Shown here: in pieces, positions 47,710 to 56,080 of the stretch
How the letters are laid out: the number at the start of each line of letters is the position of its first letter
Numbering within the stretch: the first letter of the stretch is position 1
Source of the DNA: a virus
Taxonomy: Duplodnaviria; Caudoviricetes
Length of the DNA: 56,080 bases
Direction: 5' to 3' (one strand)
Virus record (IMG/VR): IMGVR_UViG_3300037483_001430
Span: 1-56,080 of that record
The notes under the pieces: generated by a model
Database searches by the model: none
Seen by the model: only the letters and a program-made list of their open reading frames with translations
Told to the model about the DNA's origin: nothing
Position numbers and translations under genes: made by a program

Positions 47710-48194
47710 AGCGCGCCTCCTCTATTCACGAGGTCGGCCATCATGCGGCGGTGCTCCGCAAGGGCCGCGCCCCGGGACACACCTTCGATCGCGCCCCATG
47801 CCACGGCGAGCTTCCGGCGCTCGCTCGGCCGCAGAAGAACGGCGCGACGTGGAGCGGCGACGATCCGCGCCGACGGTGCATGCACGGTCGGAAACGGGTC
47901 CTCGTCGCTGACCTCGACCTCCCCGATCGGCGCAGCCAGGTAGAGGTCCCCGCGTCCGTACAGCGAGGCGTGAAAGAGGGCATAGAGCCGTTCGTGGGTC
48001 AGGTAGACGTGATCCGGATGCGAACTGGGCGGGTCCATGCCGTGCCCGTCGCGCTGGTAGGTCTCGCCGCGCGCGCGGGCTGCGCAGACCGGACATCCGG
48101 GGTGCCGGTTGTTCCTCGAGTTCCCCGGCTCAAGGAGGTCACCGATCTGGAGGCCGGGGACGCCACCGTGCCAGAGAGGACGTGGGTCGCTCAC
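47706..48194 (-). CDS. Arr-like ADP-ribosyltransferase fold protein
   Basis: LWHGG...L.IGDLLEPG ... HVYLT ... G.GDLY...PIG..E...ED. Confidence 0.6.
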   Translation of the reverse strand: MSDPRPLWHGGVPGLQIGDLLEPGNSRNNRHPGCPVCAARARGETYQRDGHGMDPPSSHPDHVYLTHERLYALFHASLYGRGDLYLAAPIGEVEVSDEDPFPTVHAPSARIVAAPRRAVLLRPSERRKLAVAWGAIEGVSRGAALAEHRRMMADLVNRGGAL

Positions 48195-50698
48195 GGCACG
48201 CTCCCATCGTCCCCATCCACCCGCGCCCCGATGAGCCGCAGCCGCGCCGGCGGCCTTGGGTTCGGGACGATCTCGACCGCCTTGGCCGTCTCCACCACCA
48301 GGTGCAGGTGCGCGAGCTCGTGCTCCAGGTAGCGGACGCTGTGCTCCCTGCCCTCCGCTCGGTCAGCCCCGAGGACCTGGTCGAGGAGGTGGAGGGCGTA
48401 CTCGAGGCGATCGAGGAGGAAGGAGCAGGCGGTGCAGCGGGTCATGGTTCCCGTCCCTCCGCCTTGGCGAGGGCGGCGCGGGTAAGGGCCACGGCCTCGT
48501 CGCGGGCGAGGATGGAGTCTTCGTCGTGCCAGCGCATCCAGGCGCGCAGCGCCTCCCGTAGCCGATCCCGCTCGGCGCGGGCTGATTCAAGCTCGACCTT
48601 GACCTCGGTGAGGCGCACCACCAGCTCCTCGATGCGCGCGGAGGCGCACCGCATGCAGCCGCAGCCCTTCACTGGCGTGTCGGATACACATTGCCGCTCC
48701 CAGCTCCCGCACTCCGGACACCGGGTCTCGCCCTCGCTCATGGCTCCCGTCCCTCCGCCTTGGCGATGACGGCACGGCAGGCCTTCACGAGCGTGTGCTC
48801 CTCGGGATCGAAGTCGGGCAGGTTTTCGGTGCCCGCCCGCACCGCCATCGCAAGCGCCTCCACGGCTCGGCGCAGTACCGCCAGCATCTCCGGCGCCGCC
48901 GCAACGAGGGTCGCATCCTCCCGCCGATCCATGACGCCGATGAGCCGCCCCTCCGTCCCGTGCTCCTCGCAGTAGATCGTCCGGAAGACCTTGCGCCCGG
49001 TGCGCCAGGGGCCGGGGGTGTGGGTCGGGTGCCTGCCCTCCACTGCTTCGGTCGCCTCGGTCATCGCTCCCCCCGACAGAAGCAGGCCCCGCAGATGCCG
49101 CTCCGGTTGCGCTTGTGGATGCGTTCCGTGTGGCAACGCATGCAGACCCGGCGGTACTTGCTGCAGCAGGACGCGCAGACACCGCTCATGTTCCCCGTCC
49201 ACAGCGTCCGCGCCTTGCAGCGTGCGCAGAGTCGCGGAACCGGAGCTGGATCTGGATCGTCTTCGTCGAGCGCCCCGCGCCAGCGTAGGGAGCACGTCTG
49301 CTCTTCCGCGCGGGCGAGAAGGATGGCCTGGAGGTTGAGGGTCATGAGCCGAGGCCAAACTCCGAGAGACCATTCCCGCGGCGGGCGATCGCGAGCCCGT
49401 AGCTGGCGAGCTCGTCCGTTGGGTGCGCCGAACAGATCGTGCGCGCTTTGTCCATCCACATGCAGGCCTCACCGACGGGGAGGAGATTCTCGTCGGACAC
49501 GAGACGCTTGACGAAGGCCTCCTCACCGGCCGAGGCACGAGGATCGCCGCCCCAGCACGGGCGATGATCCGTGCAACCGCAGATCCTGCAGGTCCCGCTA
49601 CTGAACATGGGACACCTCCTCCATCGCGTCGCTCCGATGCGCCCGCGCGACGTACGCCGCGAACAGAAGCTCCAGGCACCGCGCACAGGTGACCCGCTCT
49701 CGGTGCTCCGTCATCCGCCCGGATAGCCTGGCACAGCGGGCGAACCGCTCGCCGTGGTCCGTGCGGCGGTAGTGGGTGAGCCGCTTCATGGCATGATCTC
49801 GTCCTCGTCATCCGATGGAGTCGTCGGGGCGCCCGGGCTCTGGTGCGCCGCCACCGCTGGCCGGTCCCGCGGCCCCGCTACCTCTCGGCCCGGGCGCTCC
49901 GGCGGCTCCACCGCTTCGGCCATGCGGAGCGTCACGGCCGCGGCGACCTCCTCGATGCTCGGCCGCGGCGGTGGCTCCACCGGGTCAGGCTCGAGTGCCG
50001 CGCGGCGCTTGCACGGCCTCCTGCCGCAGACGCCGGGACTCCGCACAAGGGTGCGGTCCCGGAGGTGCGCGCCGCAGTACCGGCACCGGCCGAGCACCTT
50101 CACCGCGCGGTCGAGCCGCGCCTTCGTGCGGGCGTCCTCTTCTGCAAAGCGGTCCTCGACCAGGGCCTCGACGGCGCCCTGGCCGAACGAGGTGCCGGCG
50201 GTCGTGATGAGGGTGGTCATCATGCGGCGTCCAGCGGGTCGTCACCTGCGAAGAGGACGAGCGGCAAGGGGACGATCTCGGTCGCGGCCGGGTAGCACTC
50301 CTTGAGCTCGCGATCGAAGTCCTCGCAGTTGTAGCCGACGTTGCGCACCGCCAAGCGGTGGATGAAGACGTGGCACGGGACACCGCGATCGGTCACGCCC
50401 TCCCAGACGCGGCAGGGGACGCCCTCGATGGTGGTGAGCTTGGAGGTTGAGGTGATGGTGATCTTCATGGGCGGCCCTCCTCGCGTCGTTCCAGCACCCC
50501 GCGCGCCCCGCCCCACCACCTTTCCGCGCAAGCACGGCAAAAGCCGCATGCCTGACCCGCCTGATTCCACAGGTAGAGCGGGATCTTCTCGCCGAGTGGC
50601 CCCCCGCAGTAGGAGCAGAGCTCCGTTAGATCGGCTTGGAGAGTGCGCCACTTCACGCGCGCCCACGAGAAACCGGAAGCTGGCTCGAGATCGGTCAT
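48191..50698 (-). CDS. Chain of nine small coupled ORFs (48191..48445, 48442..48741, 48738..49064, 49061..49345, 49342..49608, 49598..49789, 49786..50223, 50220..50468, 50465..50698)
   Basis: Mostly ATGA overlaps, many with CxxC pairs. HTPGPW...LVAAAPEML motif in 48738..49064. Confidence 0.6.
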
Positions 50699-51186
50699 GA
50701 CGTGACGCTCCTTCGGAGGTGAAACGGGATCCGAGCGGCCCGCGCCCAGGTTCTCTCGGCGCGTGCGCACAGCGCCTGGCGTGGCGAACGCGAGCGCCCC
50801 GCGTCATGGATCGACGACGCCATGACGCGGAGCCAGCGCGCCGCCTGATCCGGCGACGAGGTGGCGAGAGCGACCCACCGCGCCGCGAGCTCGAGAGAAC
50901 AGGCCCAGAGATAGCCAGCGGTGAGGAACGCAGGGCACGGCAACGGCGCGTGACCGTCGAGGCAATGAACGCAGAACCGGGCGCGCCTGCCGGTGGCCGG
51001 GCGACCGCAGCCGTTCGTGCAGGGTGAGGGATTGCGCCGCCAGGCTTCGGCGATGGAGGCCGCGATATCGCTGTCCGAGAGCGACTGCGGATCAAAAGCC
51101 CTAGCTACTTCGGGGGGGAGGGGGGGGGGGGAGGCAATGAGCCTTGAGAAGCCCTGCACGGCTGCGATCATTCGGCGCGCGTTCAT
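50695..51186 (-). CDS. Hypothetical Cys-rich protein, first gene of the leftward operon
   Basis: CTNGC...FCVHC. Stop is ATGA-coupled to the next gene. Start uncertain. Contains a poly-C tract. Confidence 0.45.
   Translation of the reverse strand: MNARRMIAAVQGFSRLIASPPPLPPEVARAFDPQSLSDSDIAASIAEAWRRNPSPCTNGCGRPATGRRARFCVHCLDGHAPLPCPAFLTAGYLWACSLELAARWVALATSSPDQAARWLRVMASSIHDAGRSRSPRQALCARAERTWARAARIPFHLRRSVTS
51112..51131 (+). repeat. G7-A-G12 homopolymer tract
   Basis: Read directly from the sequence. Confidence 0.85.
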
Positions 51187-51483
51187 TGGCTGGCTCCACC
51201 GGCTAGAAACAAAGCTCCATTGGCTCGGAACCAAGCCGCAGCCGATGGAGCTTCTGTACGGGGACTCCGGGCATCGGGCACTCCTCTCGCCCCCTGCGTC
51301 CGCTACGACCAGCCGTCCGATAATTGAGGCGGGCCGGAACATATGGATATCGCCCGGCAGCGACAAGCGACCTCGCTTGATCGTACTAAGGTGATTTGGG
51401 GAAGACCCAAAGGAATCAGACCGCGAGGGATGGGAGGTGCTCGCGATTGCCGGAGTTCTCGATAAATGGCACATTCCGCGGCC

Positions 51484-51744
51484 ATGGGCGCGCGAGAGAC
51501 GAAGAGCGAGAGCGAAGGCCGGGACCTGTTCCAGCGATTCCTAGAGATGAAATGCGGCGGCAACTACAGCGAGTTCGGCCGCCGGGCGGGCGTCTCCAAG
51601 GACGCCGCCAAGCAGTGGGCGACGGGCAATCGCACACCGGACAGGCGATGCGCCGTCATCATCGAGCGGGTGACGGAGGGGGAGATTCCCGTGGAAAGCT
51701 GGGATCTTCCGCCGAGGAGGGGGAGGCACGGACAGGCCGCCTGA
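51484..51744 (+). CDS. Cro/YdaS-like HTH regulator
   Basis: SEFGRRAGVSKDAAKQWATGNRTP...IERVTEGEIPVESW. Confidence 0.8.
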   Translation: MGARETKSESEGRDLFQRFLEMKCGGNYSEFGRRAGVSKDAAKQWATGNRTPDRRCAVIIERVTEGEIPVESWDLPPRRGRHGQAA

Positions 51745-51815
51745 AGCAGTGGACCGCGACGTGAATTGGAGGTGGAGACGCCGCGACTAACTATCCGCTT
51801 ACCTTCTTGGCGCGT

Positions 51816-51899
51816 GGTTTCGTGTGAAACTACCAAATGAGCACGAAGCGGTGGCTCCTTTGCCCGGCCCCCGCCGTGCTCGCGGTTTCTTGAGAAACC
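51816..51899. promoter_or_regulatory. Two GGTTTC-N4-GAAACY palindromes
   Basis: Copies at 51816..51831 and 51884..51899. Confidence 0.55.
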
Positions 51900-52264
51900 A
51901 GTCGGCGAGCAGACTAGCGGGGGTGGCGCCGGTTCCGCGCACGTGACCGCGCCCCTTTTCCCCCCGCACTCGACACGCGGATCTGGCCCCTCACGGATGG
52001 GGCCGCGCTCGACGCCGCCCGGCGCTTGGCTGTCGATGACCCTGGTGCGGTTGGACGCCGAGCCGCCGGGGACATGAAAAGGGCCGCGACGGATCGCGGC
52101 CCCCAGGCCCACCGAGGGCACGCGCAGGCAGCGCGCCCCTCTAGATTCTGAGGACGCGCATCCAATCCGTCCAGCCCGGGCGGGGGTCTACCCGCCGCGC
52201 GGGCACCGACCGCCCCGGGCGGATCAGAAGCCGTTGACGCGGTGAGAGGTCGTAGCGAGCGGCG

Positions 52265-52483
52265 TTAGCGCTTGCCGCCCCTCGCGATCCAGGCGTCCAC
52301 GACCTCGCGCAGCACCTCGGAGGCGTCGAGTCGGCTCGAATGCCGCTCTCCCGCCCGTCTCAGCGCCTCGTCGCGCAGGGCGTGGACCTGTCGGGGCTCC
52401 AGCACGTACTGCGCTTTCACCATCTTCGCTCGGCTCCCCGGCTCCTGCGCCGTCACCTCCGGCGCGACCTTCATCCTTGGCAT
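52265..52483 (-). CDS. RHH-like DNA-binding protein
   Basis: QYVL...Q..AL...A......DASEVLREVVDAW. Confidence 0.65.
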   Translation of the reverse strand: MPRMKVAPEVTAQEPGSRAKMVKAQYVLEPRQVHALRDEALRRAGERHSSRLDASEVLREVVDAWIARGGKR

Positions 52484-52522
52484 GTTCGGCAGGCTAGCAC
52501 TTCAGCGGAACCAACGCACGAC

Positions 52523-52551
52523 TTGACGTAGCATGCCGAATCCGCTAGCGT
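52523..52551 (+). promoter_or_regulatory. Sigma-70 promoter, leaderless (recombination operon)
   Basis: TTGACG-N17-TAGCGT-N6-ATG. Confidence 0.65.
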
Positions 52552-52557
52552 GCTGTC

Positions 52558-52920
52558 ATGACGAGCATGACACGCACCGCCGCGATTCGCCGCAATCAAC
52601 GCCCCCCGCAACACGAGATGCCCCTCGAGATCGAGCACGGCTCCACCTCCGTCGAGTACGAGGTCGTATTCACGATCGCCCCGGGCGAGCCCGAGACGCC
52701 CCGCACCTTTGATTGCGGCGGCACGCCTGGGTGTCCGCCCTCGGTCGAAGACTGGGAGGTCTTCTACGTCTCGGCTCGCAAGGGCAAGCAGGCGTTCCGG
52801 GAGCCCCGCCCCGAGCTGCACGATCTCGTGACGGAGGAGGAGCTGCTCGAGTTCGCAAGCAAGGACGACGGCGGTCGGGATTGGGACAACGAACGGAAGA
52901 GCCGGCTCGAGAACGATTGA
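52558..52920 (+). CDS. Acidic hypothetical protein
   Basis: Follows the promoter. PGEPET.....GTPGCPP.VE. Confidence 0.65.
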   Translation: MTSMTRTAAIRRNQRPPQHEMPLEIEHGSTSVEYEVVFTIAPGEPETPRTFDCGGTPGCPPSVEDWEVFYVSARKGKQAFREPRPELHDLVTEEELLEFASKDDGGRDWDNERKSRLEND

Positions 52921-52946
52921 CCGCCGCAACCGCAACGGAGCGCATC

Positions 52947-53663
52947 ATGAGCGACATTCGCACCTTGATCCGAGTAGCAGAGACGCACCCGCCGGCCGCG
53001 CCGGAGCTCCCCGAGATCCCGGAGTACGAGGACCCGGAGGATTACCAGGGGCAGGCTGTCACGTCAGGCTCTCGTTCGAAGAGGCCCTGGCGCATCGAGG
53101 ACGAGGGCGCCGGGGAATGGGCGCTCAAGAAGAAGGGGCGCGCGGACGGCGAGATCGCCCGCGTCCTGGCGCTCGCCGAGGCGGAGAAGCGGCTCTTCGC
53201 CGCGAAGATTGACGCGCGGGTCGCGGAGATCGTTGCGGGCGAGCAGCGCCGGTCCCGGTTCTTCGAGGCGGTGCTACTCGAATGGATGAGCCGGGCCCGC
53301 GCGACGATTCTCACAGGCAAACAGAAGAGCCGGAAGTTCCTCTTTGGCACGATCGGCTGGCGCAAGGCCAGGAACACGATCGTCTATCTCGACGAGGCGC
53401 GAGCGATCTCCTGGGCTCGAGCCCGCGGTCTGGACGCTGGTCTCGTGCGCGTTGAATGGAAGCTCGAGCGCGACGCCGTCAAGCGCTACTGCGCGGCGAA
53501 CGACCTCGTTCCCGACGGCGCGCACTTCGAGGGGGGCGAGGACGTCCCCTACGTCCAGACGGAACAGCCGCCCGCGCCCACCCTCGCGGCACCGACAGCA
53601 TCGATCGCCGCTCTCACCATCGCACAGACACCAGCACCCGCACCTGTGAAGGAGACACCATGA
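52947..53663 (+). CDS. gam: Mu Gam-like host-nuclease inhibitor
   Basis: WRIED...EWALKK, coiled coil, KSRKF.FGTIGWRK. Confidence 0.8.
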   Translation: MSDIRTLIRVAETHPPAAPELPEIPEYEDPEDYQGQAVTSGSRSKRPWRIEDEGAGEWALKKKGRADGEIARVLALAEAEKRLFAAKIDARVAEIVAGEQRRSRFFEAVLLEWMSRARATILTGKQKSRKFLFGTIGWRKARNTIVYLDEARAISWARARGLDAGLVRVEWKLERDAVKRYCAANDLVPDGAHFEGGEDVPYVQTEQPPAPTLAAPTASIAALTIAQTPAPAPVKETP

Positions 53664-54583
53664 TCCGTTCCGAGACCACCGCGAAGCTCGCCGCCGCCCT
53701 CGCCAAGGCGCAGGGGAAGTTCAAGAAGGTGAAGAAGAGCCAGAGCGCCAACTACAACACCCGCTCGCAAGGACAGATGGCCTACGACTTCGCGGACCTG
53801 GCGGCACACCTCGAAGCGGTCACGCCGGCCCTGTCGAAGAACGGCCTCGCGCTCATGACGCCGGCGACGCCAGTGCTCGAGGGCGCATGCCCGCGCGCGC
53901 TCGCGGTGGTTCGTCTCGAGCACGAAAGCGGGGAGTTCGTGGAGTCGGACCCTTTCACCATCCCGATCATGGACCCGACGGACGCGCGCTCCATCGGCTC
54001 GGCGTGCAGCTACGCTCGGAAGTACGCCGTGCAGGGATTCCTCGGAATCCACCCGGCCGAAGAGGACGACGACGGCGAGGCCGCGCGCGGTCACGACAAC
54101 GAGCAGGCGCGGCGGCCGGCGCAGCGGCAGGAACGTGAACAGCCGCAGCGCGCCTCGCAGCAGCCGCAGCCGAAGGGCATGCCCGTCGCCGAGCTCGCGA
54201 AGCAGCTCGAGCGCGACGCGCGCGACGTCCAGACGCGCCGGGACGCCCTCGAGACCGGGATCCCAGAGGACGGCTACCGCGCATGGGTCGAACAGATGCT
54301 CGCCCACCCGATCCCGCCCACCGCCGCCTGGAACCGCACGCTGACCGACGATGAGCGGCAGATCCTGGAGGACGAGGTGCGCGCGCGGCGCGAGCTCGAG
54401 GGTGCTGGCGGCGCGAAGAAGTCGGGTGCCAAGATGCAGCAGAAGCGCGGTCCGGTCCAGGATCCGCCGCGCATCATGACCGTCGTCGACGCGGTGGAGG
54501 GGACGACCAAGATCGTCTCCTCGAGCCCGAGCACCGTAGCCAAGACGACGAACGGGAGCACGCCGCCGGTGACGTCGTCATGA
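53660..54583 (+). CDS. erf: ERF family single-strand annealing protein
   Basis: LAAALAKAQ...FADL...P.LSKNGL...GSACSYARKY...EDDDG. Confidence 0.9.
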   Translation: MIRSETTAKLAAALAKAQGKFKKVKKSQSANYNTRSQGQMAYDFADLAAHLEAVTPALSKNGLALMTPATPVLEGACPRALAVVRLEHESGEFVESDPFTIPIMDPTDARSIGSACSYARKYAVQGFLGIHPAEEDDDGEAARGHDNEQARRPAQRQEREQPQRASQQPQPKGMPVAELAKQLERDARDVQTRRDALETGIPEDGYRAWVEQMLAHPIPPTAAWNRTLTDDERQILEDEVRARRELEGAGGAKKSGAKMQQKRGPVQDPPRIMTVVDAVEGTTKIVSSSPSTVAKTTNGSTPPVTSS

Positions 54584-55098
54584 CCTGGCCAATCACCATC
54601 CGCCGCCGGGTGCGCCGGCTCCTCGAGGAGCTCGCCCAGGTCCGGATCGAGGGCATGCCCCTCGGGCTCGCCCGGGAGGCGGAAGAGATCCTGCCGAAGC
54701 TGCGCGAGCGTCTCCCACCCCGGAGGTCCGCACCGCTCTTCGCCGTCGCGCCGGCGGACAAGGGCGAAGGCGCGGCGCAGCACCGGCGTCGCATCCGGGC
54801 CGAAGTCATGCTCCGCGACGGTACGTGCTGTGCCGCTCTCTTCCTTGGCCAGCGCTGCTCCGGGCCGCCGGAGCTCGACCACTTCTTCGGCCGAACCAAG
54901 GCGCCGGAGACCGTGGAGACGACCTGGATCCTGTGTCAGCGCCACCACCGGCTGAAGACCGACAACGTGCCCCACCGCGCCGCCTGGCTAAGGCTCTTCA
55001 GGGAGCACGCGGTCCTGCATGCCTATCACTACGCGGTGAGGCTCGCGGGCAGAGGACTCGCGCTCGAGAGGGCGCAGCATCCTGAGGCGGTGGAGTAG
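54580..55098 (+). CDS. HNH-type nuclease domain protein
   Basis: RDGTC...C....ELDH...LCQRHH. Confidence 0.7.
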   Translation: MTWPITIRRRVRRLLEELAQVRIEGMPLGLAREAEEILPKLRERLPPRRSAPLFAVAPADKGEGAAQHRRRIRAEVMLRDGTCCAALFLGQRCSGPPELDHFFGRTKAPETVETTWILCQRHHRLKTDNVPHRAAWLRLFREHAVLHAYHYAVRLAGRGLALERAQHPEAVE

Positions 55099-55251
55099 CG
55101 GGATGCGCGGTGCGCTACTTCCCTGCGGTGACGGCGCGTCATGTGAGGCGCGTCCCGTCCTCGCGCATGAGCGCGCCCGGTGTGCCCTGGTCGGTGGAGC
55201 GGCAGCGGGTGAGGAGGGACGTCACCCCTGGCGTCATGGTACAGCCCCCCC

Positions 55252-55279
55252 TTGCATCCGTTTACGATTGTGTTAGACT
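55252..55279 (+). promoter_or_regulatory. Sigma-70-like promoter with extended -10
   Basis: TTGCAT-N16-TAGACT with TG upstream of the -10, in an AT-rich patch. Confidence 0.55.
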
Positions 55280-55360
55280 CTTGTTATCGAACGGACGGCA
55301 GGGAGCCGGACGCGAGCAAGTAGGACCCGCCGGGGAAACCGGACCACAAGGGGACAAGCC

Positions 55361-55672
55361 ATGATGACGTACAAGGGCATCGAAGTTGACCTCATCGACG
55401 ACGAGACGGGCAGGGAGCTTGAGCCGGGCCGCTACTACCTGATTCTCAGCTCGCCGACGATGATCCGCAGCGGCGGCGACAGCTACTACCTGTCGCGGCG
55501 CCCTGGCCGGACGAACATGAGCCACGAGCCCAAGGTGCACGGCTGGCTCGGCACCACCAATGACATCGCCGCGTACGCCCAGGGCGCGGTGGAGCTCTAC
55601 CAGAACAAGGGTGGCCACCTCCGGCTGCGCAAAATCGAGCCGGCCAGCGTGGATGAGGAGATCGGCGCGTAG
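55361..55672 (+). CDS. Hypothetical protein
   Basis: 103 aa with PGRTN.SHEP...GWLGTTND. AAGGGG SD. Confidence 0.65.
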   Translation: MMTYKGIEVDLIDDETGRELEPGRYYLILSSPTMIRSGGDSYYLSRRPGRTNMSHEPKVHGWLGTTNDIAAYAQGAVELYQNKGGHLRLRKIEPASVDEEIGA

Positions 55673-55788
55673 CGAGACCCCTGGGCGCCGGCCGGAGTCA
55701 CTGCGACGTAGACGACGGCCTCCAGGACGCTATCGAGGCGCGCGCCTGGGAGAATGAGCAACCCCTCCTCGCCGCGTCGGAGCGCATC

Positions 55789-56040
55789 GTGAGCACAGCC
55801 TGTTCCGCCCCCGGCAAGAACGGCGCACCCTGCGCCCGCCCCATCTACGCCCTCGGACTCTGCCGCGGCCACTACGCCGCCCAGCTCCGGGGCCGCCCAC
55901 TCGTCCCGCTCCGGGATCGCACCGCATCTGCGCGCGAGGTCGTCTCCCTGCGCGTCTCGCCGGAGTGCCGGGAGCGCATCCTCGCCAAGCCGGCCGCGGC
56001 GCGACTCGTGCTCGAGCACTGGGCGAGGCGGGCGAGCTGA
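55789..56040 (+). CDS. Small CCCH Zn-finger protein
   Basis: C...CARP..ALGLCRGHY..QLRGRPL.PLR. Confidence 0.65.
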   Translation: MSTACSAPGKNGAPCARPIYALGLCRGHYAAQLRGRPLVPLRDRTASAREVVSLRVSPECRERILAKPAAARLVLEHWARRAS

Positions 56041-56080
56041 TGATTTCGCACAGCGCCTCGGAGCGGGCGGCGCCGCCCGG

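Noticed and set aside
56041-56080. Exact circular junction between window end and start
   Set aside because: Joining the ends extends the small gene as WVVRAAPPAPRR... into a frame of about 200 aa antisense to 55789..56040. That does not fit a short protein, and no terminal repeat is visible. Some sequence is probably missing.

Overview
This is most of a ~56 kb, very GC-rich temperate siphophage genome in its non-integrated form, with an intact attP carrying the 3' half of tRNA-Pro(TGG) beside a tyrosine integrase. The host is probably a myxobacterium, inferred from several small genes that resemble myxobacterial families. Layout: (1) 1-21073, minus strand: lysis and virion module (terminase, portal, head, tail with a GGGAAAC -1 frameshift, tape measure, tail tip, M15 endolysin, holin). 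(2) 21294-37532: accessory region with a sigma-region-4 protein, a second tyrosine recombinase, a BrnT/antitoxin pair, a promoter-repeat cassette array holding a RavA-like AAA/VWA pair, an ASCH protein, a ParB + ABC-ATPase/GNAT + formyltransferase operon and a histone-like protein. (3) 38190-43799: Ku, replication genes, attP, int and xis. (4) 43892-51186: DNA methyltransferase and a long chain of small mosaic genes, one Arr-like. (5) 51484-56040: Cro-like gene, Gam, ERF and HNH. The strongest leads are a tail-tip C-terminal domain that is split off and duplicated, one copy carrying a beta-propeller; a six-copy long-spacer promoter motif linking the acylation operon to the virion genes; and a leaderless promoter-cassette array with an asymmetric operator. 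All family calls come from motif recognition by eye, and no searches were run.
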